DNA from: a bacterium
Lineage (GTDB): Bacteria; CLD3; SB21
Assembly: GCA_013360215.1 (NCBI GenBank)
Contig: JABWCP010000005.1
Location: 1 to 64,000 of the forward strand
Direction of reading: 5' to 3'
DNA: 64,000 bases
Shown piece after piece: positions 37,519 to 47,382 of the stretch (position 1 is the first letter of the stretch; the number at the start of each line of letters is the position of its first letter). The notes beneath the pieces are model-generated. The model was not told where the DNA came from and did not search any database. It worked only from the letters and a program-made list of their open reading frames with translations. Position numbers and translations under genes: made by a program.

Positions 37519-39702
37519 ATGTCCGAACAGGAAATTCTGCGTCTCGTTGCCAAAGAACTCAATATCCCCGTCCAACACGTCACTTCAACCACCCAGTTGC
37601 TTGACCTGGAAAACACCGTTCCTTTTATCGCACGCTACCGAAAAGAAGTAACCGGCGGTATGGACGAAAATCAAATCCGGGATATACAGGATAAGATGAC
37701 ATACTATCGCGCACTGGAAGCACGTAAAGAAGTCGTACTCAAGTCTATCGAAGAACAAGGTAAACTTACCGACGAACTCAAAGCGCGTATCGTAGCCGCT
37801 ACAATGCTTCAAGAAGTCGAAGATTTGTATCTGCCGTATAAACCAAAACGTCGTACCAAAGGTATTATCGCCAAAGAAAAAGGCCTCGAACCGCTCGCTT
37901 TCCAAATCCTTGCACAAGAGATTACAAGCGGCACCCTAGACGAATATGCCCAACCCTTCATCAATCCCGAAAAAGGAGTTACGACCGTCGACGAAGCGTT
38001 GCAAGGCGCACGCGATATCATCGCCGAGATCATCAGCGAAGATGCGGATGTAAGAAAAGATGTGCGCGAGTTTACACGTGAGAACGGCATCCTCGTGTCT
38101 GAAGTGAAAGAAGACCCCGAAAACGAATATGAAATGTATCATACATTTAGCGAGCCGATCGCCAAAATGCCTCCGCATCGTATCTTGGCTACCAACCGCG
38201 GTGAGCGCGAAGAAAAACTCCGCATCAAAATCACGGTTGACGAAGAAGCCTGTTGCAACATCATCGGATATCGCCACGTTAAAAAACAAAAATCTATTTT
38301 TCGTGATCAGGTTATCGAAGCCATCAAAGAAAGTTATTTCCGTTTGATCGCACCTTCCATTGAACGTGAAATCCGCGGCGAGTTTACCGAAAAGTCCGAA
38401 GAACATGCGATCGAAGTATTCGGAAGTAATGCGCGAAACCTACTTCTCCAAGCTCCCACCAAAGGCAAAATCATCATGGGCATTGATCCCGGATTTAGGA
38501 CGGGATGCAAAGTCGCTGTCATTGATGAAACCGGAAAATACCTTGAGGGCGAAACCATCTATCCGCATGAACCGCAAAAAGACACCTTGGGCTCAAAGCG
38601 CGTTTTGAAACAATTCATCAGAAAATATGAGGTGACCGTCATTGCAATCGGGAACGGCACCGCGTCCCGCGAAACGGAATCTCTCGTTGCCGATCTGATC
38701 ACCGATCTCAAAAAAGAAGATCCTCATCTGGAACTCGTGTATACGATCGTATCGGAAGCCGGCGCTTCGGTTTATTCGGCTTCAAAAATTGCACAACAAG
38801 AATTTCCTGATCTTGAGGCCTCGCAACGGGGCAATATTTCCATCGCGCGGCGACTTCTGGACCCCTTGGCCGAATTGGTCAAAATTGACCCCAAATCCAT
38901 CGGAGTCGGCCAGTATCAGCATGATGTCAACCAAAAACGTTTGGCCGAACAGCTTACACATGTCGTGGAGTCTGCTGTAAACTACGTCGGCGTTAATCTT
39001 AACACAGCCTCCGCTGCTCTTCTGACGTACGTATCCGGCCTCTCATCCAAAACAGCCCAATCCATCATCGCACATCGGGATAAAAATGGAAAATTCTCAC
39101 GCCGTGAACAACTTATGGATGTGACCGGTATCGGTCCGGCCGCATATCAGCAATGCGCAGGATTTTTACGTATTCCGGACGGCGATAATCCGCTAGATAA
39201 TACGTCCATTCACCCGGAATCGTATGACGCCACACAAAAGCTGCTCAAAAAATTCAATATCGTCGACCCGTCAACAGCCGGAAGCCTGCTTGAACTGCAA
39301 CTACGTAATGCAAAAATGTCTTTTGAAAATATCGCCGGGGAAGTCGGAGTCGGTGTTCCTACACTCAAAGACATTTTAGACAATCTTAAAAAACCGGGTC
39401 GTGATCCGCGTGAAGAAATGCCAAAACCCATTTTCAAATCCGATGTATTAAAAATGGAGGACCTGCGCGAAGGCATGATACTCAAAGGTACAGTTCGCAA
39501 TGTCGTTGATTTTGGCGCTTTCGTGGATATCGGGGTTAAGCAGGACGGATTGGTACATATCAGCCATTTATCCAATAAGTATGTTAAAAACCCGATGGAG
39601 GTGGTGGCTGTCGGCGATGTGGTGGATGTAAAAGTAATGAGCGTTGATCTCAAAAAGGGACGCGTTCAACTCAGCATGAAAGAAGCATCACGCAGTTATT
39701 AG
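37519..39702 (+). CDS. tex: Tex/YhgF RNA-binding transcriptional accessory protein
   Basis: TVPFIARYRKE.TG, EDLYLPYKPKR, GIDPGFRTGCK, IGNGTASRET, SIGVGQYQHD, C-terminal S1 domain. ATG at 37519 with a GGAG RBS. Confidence 0.96.
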   Translation: MSEQEILRLVAKELNIPVQHVTSTTQLLDLENTVPFIARYRKEVTGGMDENQIRDIQDKMTYYRALEARKEVVLKSIEEQGKLTDELKARIVAATMLQEVEDLYLPYKPKRRTKGIIAKEKGLEPLAFQILAQEITSGTLDEYAQPFINPEKGVTTVDEALQGARDIIAEIISEDADVRKDVREFTRENGILVSEVKEDPENEYEMYHTFSEPIAKMPPHRILATNRGEREEKLRIKITVDEEACCNIIGYRHVKKQKSIFRDQVIEAIKESYFRLIAPSIEREIRGEFTEKSEEHAIEVFGSNARNLLLQAPTKGKIIMGIDPGFRTGCKVAVIDETGKYLEGETIYPHEPQKDTLGSKRVLKQFIRKYEVTVIAIGNGTASRETESLVADLITDLKKEDPHLELVYTIVSEAGASVYSASKIAQQEFPDLEASQRGNISIARRLLDPLAELVKIDPKSIGVGQYQHDVNQKRLAEQLTHVVESAVNYVGVNLNTASAALLTYVSGLSSKTAQSIIAHRDKNGKFSRREQLMDVTGIGPAAYQQCAGFLRIPDGDNPLDNTSIHPESYDATQKLLKKFNIVDPSTAGSLLELQLRNAKMSFENIAGEVGVGVPTLKDILDNLKKPGRDPREEMPKPIFKSDVLKMEDLREGMILKGTVRNVVDFGAFVDIGVKQDGLVHISHLSNKYVKNPMEVVAVGDVVDVKVMSVDLKKGRVQLSMKEASRSY

Positions 39703-39724
39703 ACCAACATTGCTTTTGCAAAAT

Positions 39725-39757
39725 AAAAAAGGCTGCTTCGTTTGAAGCAGCCTTTTT
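39725..39757. terminator. Bidirectional terminator between tex and nuoB
   Basis: AAAAAAGGCTGCTTC-GTTT-GAAGCAGCCTTTTT. Confidence 0.9.
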
Positions 39758-39774
39758 ATATTAAATCGTAAATT

Positions 39775-40347
39775 TCAGAATTTGCCTGTCGCTATTTCCG
39801 CTACCAGATCTTTACCACGACCTGCGATACCGACTTTATCATCGCCATACATACCGTCATCTTTGATATCGCGTGCGTAAGCCGCTTCGCGTTTGGCAAT
39901 AAGTTTTTGAATTTTCATCACGCCTTCGATCAAACCTTCAGGACGTGGCGGACACCCCGGCACATATACATCCACTGGGATAAACTGATCAACACCTTGA
40001 ATGAGCGTGTAGGTGTTAAAAAAACCTCCGGTCGAAGCGCAAGCGCCCATCGAAATACACCATTTAGGTTCAGGCATTTGATCCCAGATGCGTTTGAGCA
40101 CAGGCATCATCTTGATCGAGACACGGCCGGAAACAATCATCAAATCAGCCTGACGCGGTGAAAAACGGATAGCTTCCGACCCGAATCGCGACATATCATA
40201 GCGCGGTCCGAGCGTCGCCATCATTTCGATCGCACAACATGCTGTACCGAAAGGCATCGGCCAAAGTGAATTGCGGCGGCCCCAGTCATAAACGGCTTCG
40301 ACGGTCGTCAGAAGCACATTATCTTTGAGTTCTTTCGTGAGATCCAT
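39775..40347 (-). CDS. nuoB: NADH-quinone oxidoreductase subunit B
   Basis: [55 protein letters not shown]. Confidence 0.95.
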   Translation of the reverse strand: MDLTKELKDNVLLTTVEAVYDWGRRNSLWPMPFGTACCAIEMMATLGPRYDMSRFGSEAIRFSPRQADLMIVSGRVSIKMMPVLKRIWDQMPEPKWCISMGACASTGGFFNTYTLIQGVDQFIPVDVYVPGCPPRPEGLIEGVMKIQKLIAKREAAYARDIKDDGMYGDDKVGIAGRGKDLVAEIATGKF

Positions 40348-40380
40348 AAAGGATGTTTCCTTTTTTCGAAAATCTAAAAC

Positions 40381-40986
40381 TTATTTGGCGTTCGCGAAGT
40401 TTTCGGCAACTTTGTTCCAGTTAACCACATTCCAAAACGCGGTGATATAATCCGGACGACGGTTTTGATATTTAAGATAGTACGCGTGTTCCCACACGTC
40501 TAATCCCAATATAGGCGCACCTTTAACTTCGGCAATATCCATTAACGGATTATCTTGATTGGGGGTAGAGCATATCGCCAATTTGCCTTCCTTTACGATG
40601 AGCCATGTCCAACCGGAACCAAAGCGTGTCGCACCGGCATTTGCAAATTGAGTTTTGAAATCGGCAAACGAACCGAATGCTAATTTGATCGCATCCGCTA
40701 ATGCGCCCGTCGGTTCACCGCCTGCATTGGGACCAAGAACCGTCCAAAAAAGCGAGTGATTAAAATGTCCGCCGCCATTATTGCGTACGGCGACAGGGTA
40801 TTTGGAAATATTTTTACAGATTTCTTCGATACTCAGATTTTCTTCAGGCTTACCGGCCACCGCGTTATTGAGATTGGTTACATAGGCAGTGTGGTGTTTG
40901 CCATGGTGGATTTCCATAGTCATCTTATCAAAATGAGGTTCCAACGCATCATGTGCGTACGGAAGCGAGGGAAGTGTAAAAGCCAT
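40381..40986 (-). CDS. sodA: Mn/Fe superoxide dismutase
   Basis: [30 protein letters not shown] suggests the Mn or cambialistic type. Confidence 0.95.
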   Translation of the reverse strand: MAFTLPSLPYAHDALEPHFDKMTMEIHHGKHHTAYVTNLNNAVAGKPEENLSIEEICKNISKYPVAVRNNGGGHFNHSLFWTVLGPNAGGEPTGALADAIKLAFGSFADFKTQFANAGATRFGSGWTWLIVKEGKLAICSTPNQDNPLMDIAEVKGAPILGLDVWEHAYYLKYQNRRPDYITAFWNVVNWNKVAENFANAK

Positions 40987-41065
40987 TGTATATTCTCCTT
41001 GAGCTTGTTTTTTTTACTGGTCAATACTAATCAAAATCACCTTATTTTGCAATGTTTTTCCATGA

Positions 41066-41479
41066 TCATAGTCCCATGATTTTGATCACAACGCGTTTTT
41101 TTCGCTGCCCGTCAAACTCGGCATAATAGATCTGCTGCCAAGGGCCAAAATCCAGCCGACCACCGGTCACCGGCACAATCACCTCATGATGCAATAGCAA
41201 GTTCTTTAAATGCGCATCCGCGTTGTCTTCGCCGGTACGATGATGAAGGTAATTCGGATTAACGGGCGCCAGATGATCCAGCCATTTGTCAATGTCCTTG
41301 ATAAGACCATCTTCTGCGTCATTGACATATACCGCCGCTGTAATATGCATCGCCGACACAAGCGCCATACCCTCTTTGATCCCCGAAACGTTAAGCGCCG
41401 ACTCTACTTCATCGGTGATATTGATATATTCTCTTCTTTGTTTAGTGTTAAACCACAGGTAGTGTGTATGAACTTTCAC
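41066..41479 (-). CDS. yjbQ: YjbQ/UPF0047 family (secondary thiamine-phosphate synthase)
   Basis: [30 protein letters not shown]. Confidence 0.9.
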   Translation of the reverse strand: MKVHTHYLWFNTKQRREYINITDEVESALNVSGIKEGMALVSAMHITAAVYVNDAEDGLIKDIDKWLDHLAPVNPNYLHHRTGEDNADAHLKNLLLHHEVIVPVTGGRLDFGPWQQIYYAEFDGQRKKRVVIKIMGL

Positions 41480-41567
41480 AAGGCCTCCTTTTTTAAAATT
41501 TCGTTATTCCATTTCAATTTCGCAAGAATCGGGTGGTTTTCAGAAATTGAATATCACATATTATCGC

Positions 41568-42455
41568 ATGTTAAAACTCTACATACAACTTCCTCCCGAC
41601 TTTTCGTTTGACGAATGCCTTGTTTTTCTGACTCGGTCTGATCGGGAAATACTGCATCGCGTTCAAAACAAATCGTTAACTAAAGCGTTTCGTATAGGCC
41701 ACGAAACTTGTTTAACTACTATATCCGTTAAATCGGATAAAATGATGCTCCGTTTTGACAGAGACATCTCCAACGAAGCGGCGCGTCTTATTCGCTCAGA
41801 AGTTTCCGAATGGTTTGATCTGTCATGCGATCTTGCGAACGTTTATCGTCTTATGAAAAAAGATCCGAAATTATTCGCACTTACCAAACGTTTTCACGGT
41901 TTACGGTTGATCGGTATTCCCGATCTTTTTGAGGCTTTAGCTTGGGCTGTCATCGGTCAACAAATCAATCTGACTTTTGCATACACGTTAAAACAACGTT
42001 TGATCGATGTTGCCGGGCAATCGCTTACTCATGATGGATTATCTTATGGTTTATTTCCTGACCCGACCACCGTGGCTGATTTGAAGGTAGATACGTTACG
42101 AAAATTACAATTTTCAACGCGTAAAGCAGAATATCTTATTCATATCGCGCGGCAAATCGCCGACAAAAAAATCGAGAAAACGGCTTTGCAAAACCTCTCG
42201 CTTTCGCAAATAGTAGAGCGGCTTACGGCCGAACGCGGCATTGGTGCGTGGACAGCGCATTATGTGGCGATGAAGTGTCTTCGTAAAGCCAATGCTTTTC
42301 CTATCGGGGATGCCGGATTGCACCAGGCCGTATTTCGTATTTACCAAATGAAAGGGAAACCCACACTCAAACAGGTTGAGAAAAAATCAAAATTGTGGCA
42401 AGGATGCGAAGCGTATGCTGTCTTTTATTTGTGGCGAAGTCTGCAGGAAACATGA
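41568..42455 (+). CDS. alkA: DNA-3-methyladenine glycosylase II (HhH-GPD)
   Basis: FEAL.WAVIGQQI, FP.P, RKAEY, RGIG.WTA.Y, FP.GD.GL, YA.FYLWR. Confidence 0.88.
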   Translation: MLKLYIQLPPDFSFDECLVFLTRSDREILHRVQNKSLTKAFRIGHETCLTTISVKSDKMMLRFDRDISNEAARLIRSEVSEWFDLSCDLANVYRLMKKDPKLFALTKRFHGLRLIGIPDLFEALAWAVIGQQINLTFAYTLKQRLIDVAGQSLTHDGLSYGLFPDPTTVADLKVDTLRKLQFSTRKAEYLIHIARQIADKKIEKTALQNLSLSQIVERLTAERGIGAWTAHYVAMKCLRKANAFPIGDAGLHQAVFRIYQMKGKPTLKQVEKKSKLWQGCEAYAVFYLWRSLQET

Positions 42456-42461
42456 AGTGAT

Positions 42462-43235
42462 TTAATGAATCATCTGACCCAAACGATCCCAACGAATATC
42501 AAAATTATCCTGACTTGCCGTGGACCAGTAAATCATTACGGCTTGCCCGATAAGATGGTCTTTGGGTACAAATCCCCAGTGGCGACTGTCATAACTCCGA
42601 TCGCGGTTGTCCCCTAAAACAAAATATGAATCTTCCGGCACAATGACCGGCCCATAGTTGTCACGGCTACCGGCATCGCGCGGAAAAACAGATTCATATC
42701 CTTTATTACGAGGTATAATTTCCGGATCCTCAAATTTTAAACCCGGCGGTCGGATAATTTCCGAAAAATCTTTGCCGTCCACATACACGATTTTGTCTTT
42801 GATCTCTACTGTTTGACCGGGTAATGCCACAAGCCGTTTGATATAGTCTACGGTCGGATCGGGCGGAAACTTAAAAACAATCACATCCCCTTGTTTGGGT
42901 TCACGCACAGCCGGAAACTGATACTGCGCCAAATCTATGTCGGTAAAAATTAAGGGTATTGTCGCAGGTGTCTTTACACCGTAAATACACTTATTAACTA
43001 AAATGAGATCGCCGACGAGCAGGGTATCCTCCATACTGCCGGTCGGTATTTTAAAAGCTTGAACAAAGAAAAGTCGAACGATGATCGCAATTAAAACCGA
43101 AACGAAAGCAATCTGGAAAAGCTCGGTTGTTTTATTATGATTATCTGACAATGGTTTTTCCGCAACGTTAGATTCTTCCGCTGTAGATACGTCGGATGGC
43201 GATGTAATGTCCATATGTCCGGTCGGTTCTTGCAT
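42462..43235 (-). CDS. lepB: Signal peptidase I (paralog 2)
   Basis: IPTGSME.TL..GD, GDVIVF..P, YIKR, GDNRD.S.DSR.WG. Confidence 0.94.
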   Translation of the reverse strand: MQEPTGHMDITSPSDVSTAEESNVAEKPLSDNHNKTTELFQIAFVSVLIAIIVRLFFVQAFKIPTGSMEDTLLVGDLILVNKCIYGVKTPATIPLIFTDIDLAQYQFPAVREPKQGDVIVFKFPPDPTVDYIKRLVALPGQTVEIKDKIVYVDGKDFSEIIRPPGLKFEDPEIIPRNKGYESVFPRDAGSRDNYGPVIVPEDSYFVLGDNRDRSYDSRHWGFVPKDHLIGQAVMIYWSTASQDNFDIRWDRLGQMIH

Positions 43236-43239
43236 TTTT

Positions 43240-44175
43240 TTAGCGAATAATCGTTCCGATACGATGCCATTTGACAGAGAAAAAATTGAACATCATAAGT
43301 ACCTTCATCGGGATGGACGATTGTTTAGCGGCATCCGTATTGGACCAATAAACCAGCATGCCTTGACCTGCAATGTGACTACGTGGCACCGGCCCCCAAT
43401 AGCGGCTATCCAAACTGTTATCGCGATTGTCACCCATCATAAAAAAATAATCCTGACCGACCGTATAAAGAGTTGACTTAACGCCATCAACAGTCCATTC
43501 CCCGCCGCGCATCTCAAGTTTTTTTCCGTCCCGTAATGAAAGATACCGGACCAATTCATAATTTGTCAGATTCAGTTCAATTTGGTCACCTTTTTTTGGA
43601 ACGCGGAACGGGCCAAAATTATCTCCGCTACCCATGTGGCGCGGAAAAACTTGCCCTTCGGAACGCTCGTAAGGATCAAAGTGAACACCCGGTAGGTCAA
43701 ACTTTACAGATAATGCCTCACTATCAACAAACAAAACTTTGTTTCGCACATACAAAGTTTGACCGGGCGCCGCTACACAACGCTTGATATAATCCAATCC
43801 GTTCTGACTCGGCATCATTTCAGGGTGGGGGAAACGAAAAACTACGACATCACCTTGTTGCGGTTCTTTAAATGCAGGAAGTTGAAACTGTGGCAATTTA
43901 ATATCCGTGAAGGGAATATTTTCCGGTGATTTGGCGCCGTAAATGAATTTATTAGCAAAAATAAAATCCCCGGGCAAGAGTGACACTTCCATCGAACCCG
44001 TTGGAATGGTAAAGTTTTGCACAACAAAAGTGATCGTGATATAATAAACGCATAGCGCCCAAGCAAACGATTTGACATTTTCCACAAGTCGCTCAGTAAA
44101 GGTCATTTCTTTTAGGGGTTTTCCGGGCACCGGATTGTTTTTTTTAGGCTCTTCTTTTTTTCCGAAAAAGGACAT
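43240..44175 (-). CDS. lepB: Signal peptidase I (paralog 1)
   Basis: IPTGSME.SL.PGD, GDVVVF, YIKR, MMGDNRDNSLDSRYWG. Confidence 0.94.
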   Translation of the reverse strand: MSFFGKKEEPKKNNPVPGKPLKEMTFTERLVENVKSFAWALCVYYITITFVVQNFTIPTGSMEVSLLPGDFIFANKFIYGAKSPENIPFTDIKLPQFQLPAFKEPQQGDVVVFRFPHPEMMPSQNGLDYIKRCVAAPGQTLYVRNKVLFVDSEALSVKFDLPGVHFDPYERSEGQVFPRHMGSGDNFGPFRVPKKGDQIELNLTNYELVRYLSLRDGKKLEMRGGEWTVDGVKSTLYTVGQDYFFMMGDNRDNSLDSRYWGPVPRSHIAGQGMLVYWSNTDAAKQSSIPMKVLMMFNFFSVKWHRIGTIIR

Positions 44176-44176
44176 G

Positions 44177-44662
44177 CTACTTTTGCACTTTCAGTTTTTC
44201 TTTAATTCGTTGTTCTATAAAAGCCGGGACAAAACTTGATAAATCACCGCCGTATTGCGCGACCTCTTTTACAATAGTCGAATTCAGATACGCATATTTT
44301 TCGCCGGGCATAAGAAACATCGTAACTATTTGCGAATTGAGGCGGCGGTTCACGTGCTCCATTTGCAGCTCATATTCAAAATCCGAAATCACTCGAAGCC
44401 CTCGTATAAGCACGTGCACCTGACGACTGACCGCGAAGTCAACGATCAATCCTTCCGATGGCTCGCAGCGCACATTGGCTATATCTTTTGTAGCCTCAGT
44501 TATCATCGCTACGCGTTCTTCCGGTGAAAACAACGGCTTCTTTTTTGAATTATTGGCAACCGCGACAATAATCTCGTCAAATAATGTCGCTGCTCTTGCG
44601 ATCACATCAAGATGCCCCAACGTGAGAGGATCAAATGTCCCCGGATAAATCGCACGTCTCAT
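44177..44662 (-). CDS. coaD: Pantetheine-phosphate adenylyltransferase
   Basis: AIYPGTFDPLT.GH, RGLR..SDFEYE, STIVKE. Confidence 0.97.
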   Translation of the reverse strand: MRRAIYPGTFDPLTLGHLDVIARAATLFDEIIVAVANNSKKKPLFSPEERVAMITEATKDIANVRCEPSEGLIVDFAVSRQVHVLIRGLRVISDFEYELQMEHVNRRLNSQIVTMFLMPGEKYAYLNSTIVKEVAQYGGDLSSFVPAFIEQRIKEKLKVQK

Positions 44663-45228
44663 AGTTCATTCGCCTTATTCATTAAAAAACTCACGGCACT
44701 TTCGCCCCAGGTTTTTTGCTTATGCATCGTTAACCCATGCGCAGGCAACCACTCATTTTCAATTTCTTCCGGCGATGTTTCGATTACTAAAACGCCTCCG
44801 GGATTTAACCATTTTCCGGCGTCAATTTTTTTTGCAATCATGGCCCCGGTTCGCATCGCATACGGGGGATCAGCAAAAATAATATCATACTTTTTTACGG
44901 CAGCGGAGGATACGAATTCTAGCGCATCGCCCGTGATTACTTCAGTGTGTTGCTCAAACCGGCATTTTATTACATTGTTTCGCAACACTTGTATAGCCTT
45001 GGAATGAAGCTCCACAAAAGTAGACTTTGCCGCGCCACGACTTAGCGCTTCGATTCCGAGATTGCCAGTCCCTGCGAACAAATCCAAAACCTGTGTTTCG
45101 GCAATATCTATGATATTTGCCAAAATATTAAAAACAGATTCTTTAACTCGGTCTTTGGTCGGACGAATAGCCTCTTCATCGAATGTATTCAAAACCAAAC
45201 CGCGTCGTATACCGGCTATAATTCGCAT
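44659..45228 (-). CDS. rsmD: 16S rRNA (guanine966-N2)-methyltransferase
   Basis: MRIIAG, RPT.DRVKES.FN, LDLFAGTG.LG.EALSRGA, DPPY. Confidence 0.96.
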   Translation of the reverse strand: MRIIAGIRRGLVLNTFDEEAIRPTKDRVKESVFNILANIIDIAETQVLDLFAGTGNLGIEALSRGAAKSTFVELHSKAIQVLRNNVIKCRFEQHTEVITGDALEFVSSAAVKKYDIIFADPPYAMRTGAMIAKKIDAGKWLNPGGVLVIETSPEEIENEWLPAHGLTMHKQKTWGESAVSFLMNKANEL

Positions 45229-45230
45229 AT

Positions 45231-45260
45231 AAAAAATAAAGCCGAAGGGCCACCTCGGCT
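45231..45260 (-). terminator. Putative terminator/attenuator between the pil-like genes and rsmD
   Basis: AGCCGA...TCGGCT stem followed by UUUAUUUUUU on the minus strand. Confidence 0.55.
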
Positions 45261-45290
45261 ATTGGATTTTCATAAAAACCGCATTGATAA

Positions 45291-46277
45291 TTATTTTGTC
45301 TTCGTTGAGTCGGCTGATTCCGATTGGCGAGGCAGTAGAATACTATACTTCATAAAAATAGTATCCGGCACCGGTTTCTTCTTATCAGCCTTACGGCGTG
45401 CCGAATAATCGGCATATTGAATATCAATCTCACCGATTTCGAAGTTGAAACGCATTTCATTCAGCTTTGCCATGTATTTGAAGTAATCCGAAACCGACCC
45501 TTCAAGTTTTAACTCACCGCTGTGCGTACTCATGACTACCCCTTTGGAAGATGTCATTTTACCGTCTTGTAATATTTTCAATCCGGCATTGCGGGCACCG
45601 TCGAGGATTTTTTGTTTGGCTTTTTCCAAATCAAGATAGATTATTTTTAACGCGACTATCTCCGAATCACTCGGCGTCGAAACCGTTTTGAGTGTACCGG
45701 ACATCGTACGTTTGAATCCCAAACCTTTGACTAACGATGTCGGTTTGATCGCTTGCGGTTTGGTTTCGTCTATGCTTTTTGATTCTAAAAACAAAACGGT
45801 AAAATCTTCGAGATCTTTCTGTGTTTTGCCAAACACGTCAAAAGCATAGTTACTTTCTTCCACACCGAGCGAAGTGAGATGCCATTTTTGCGAATTCGCA
45901 GACACTATCGAATCCGTCCTAAATAAAAAGCGGCGGTACCGCTCCTGATAGCGAATCGTGTTGTACATATACAGATTTCGGATTTTTTCCTGGCGCGCTT
46001 CTTCGGCCGCTTTTGCTGCCGTCTCCATATCTTGCTCAGGCAAAAGATGCAACGGCCCCGTATATTGCTCTAACCACGCCACAACAGCATAACGTTCCAC
46101 CCAGCCGTATGTCAAACCGCCAACGAGCGCAACAAAAATCAAAATAATAAACAAAAGCCGTCGTTGGCTTTTTTTGGCCTCGATCGTTATCGTTTTGCCG
46201 GCCGACGTATCGGAATCCGTTTTTTCGTGCTGAGCAGGCGGCGCAAAATGATTTTCAAGCAGATTTATCTTGATCAT
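45291..46277 (-). CDS. PilN-like protein, possibly a PilN-PilO fusion
   Basis: N-terminal MIKINLL (PilM-binding INLL motif), one TM, coiled coil, C-terminal L.LEGS..DY...L pattern like PilO/GspM. Lies 1 bp after the pilM-like gene. Confidence 0.6.
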   Translation of the reverse strand: MIKINLLENHFAPPAQHEKTDSDTSAGKTITIEAKKSQRRLLFIILIFVALVGGLTYGWVERYAVVAWLEQYTGPLHLLPEQDMETAAKAAEEARQEKIRNLYMYNTIRYQERYRRFLFRTDSIVSANSQKWHLTSLGVEESNYAFDVFGKTQKDLEDFTVLFLESKSIDETKPQAIKPTSLVKGLGFKRTMSGTLKTVSTPSDSEIVALKIIYLDLEKAKQKILDGARNAGLKILQDGKMTSSKGVVMSTHSGELKLEGSVSDYFKYMAKLNEMRFNFEIGEIDIQYADYSARRKADKKKPVPDTIFMKYSILLPRQSESADSTKTK

Positions 46278-46278
46278 A

Positions 46279-47367
46279 TCAATCCATTAGAAGTTTGATG
46301 GCCGCTCCTACCGCTTCCGCATACACCGCATAATCCGGAGGCGCTATGACAACTTGCGATTTATTATCTTTTTCGTCGGCATCCGCAGATGCGGATTCGG
46401 AGTCTTCATTTTTTTCATGCGGCCTGAATTCAGCCGGGAGTTTTATTTTACGAAAAGGCTCAATTACCGAGGGATTAAAATCTGCTTCTATATATGGCAA
46501 TACTTCTTGCGCAAGGTCATGACATAATATCAAACGCCCTACGACAGAATTGGTATTACCCGCCGTCGCATGATATGCCTGCATCATATTGGGTATATGC
46601 GCATTGATAAGCTCGCCTATTTTTTGCGGGGTACTTTTGGGCGAAACGGTAAACTGATATACGTGCTGCACATCGTAATCTTTGCACAGAAGTAAAGTCA
46701 CTGAACCGATCTTGCATTCGGCCAATACCGTCATTCCGTGATATGAAATATCGTAATTCACTTCATAGGTAGCATGTGAACACAATATATCTACGTCCAT
46801 GTTGCTGAACTGAATCTTGCTTTTATCAAGCACCGAACGCAAACTGTCGGCATAACGACGACGGATACCCACCATCAGCATAGGATCCATCGGTGCCGGC
46901 GATGTCTTCTCAAGCGGAACCGTATTCAAAATATATTGATCAAAATCGTCCGTAACTTGCTGACGAAATTCCCATTTGATATAATCCTGAAAATCGGACT
47001 CCGACCGCTCACTCTCAACCATAACCTTATGTAAGGTTACAAGGTTGGTATTTAAACTAATATTCATTCGTTTGGCGCGAATACCATTATCCTCAAGGCA
47101 GCCTTTGAGGTACGCAAAAAGACCTTGTACGTTACGTTCAACACCTTCAATGCCGGTACCAAACTTCATAGTCGTCTGAATGGTGCCCATTTTTCTGACC
47201 GAAAAACCGTCTTCCGAACGTAATATTTCTGCAAAATGAATCTGTTGCCCATGAAAACTCAGACCAAACGCGAGGTTGCGATATTCACCCGCTCGACGTG
47301 CATAATCCTGATCTATGGCATCATGATCCAGATCGCCTCGATCGCTTTGTATACTCATTTGTGACAT
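46279..47367 (-). CDS. pilM: PilM-like (actin/FtsA-fold) pilus assembly protein, nucleotide motifs degenerate
   Basis: PilM-type elements: L...L...GI.AK...ISL, I.WE..Q....D...Y.L, LMVG.RR, DVD, PF..I, C-terminal AEAVGAAIK. Confidence 0.7.
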   Translation of the reverse strand: MSQMSIQSDRGDLDHDAIDQDYARRAGEYRNLAFGLSFHGQQIHFAEILRSEDGFSVRKMGTIQTTMKFGTGIEGVERNVQGLFAYLKGCLEDNGIRAKRMNISLNTNLVTLHKVMVESERSESDFQDYIKWEFRQQVTDDFDQYILNTVPLEKTSPAPMDPMLMVGIRRRYADSLRSVLDKSKIQFSNMDVDILCSHATYEVNYDISYHGMTVLAECKIGSVTLLLCKDYDVQHVYQFTVSPKSTPQKIGELINAHIPNMMQAYHATAGNTNSVVGRLILCHDLAQEVLPYIEADFNPSVIEPFRKIKLPAEFRPHEKNEDSESASADADEKDNKSQVVIAPPDYAVYAEAVGAAIKLLMD

Positions 47368-47382
47368 ACTATCAACGCTATC

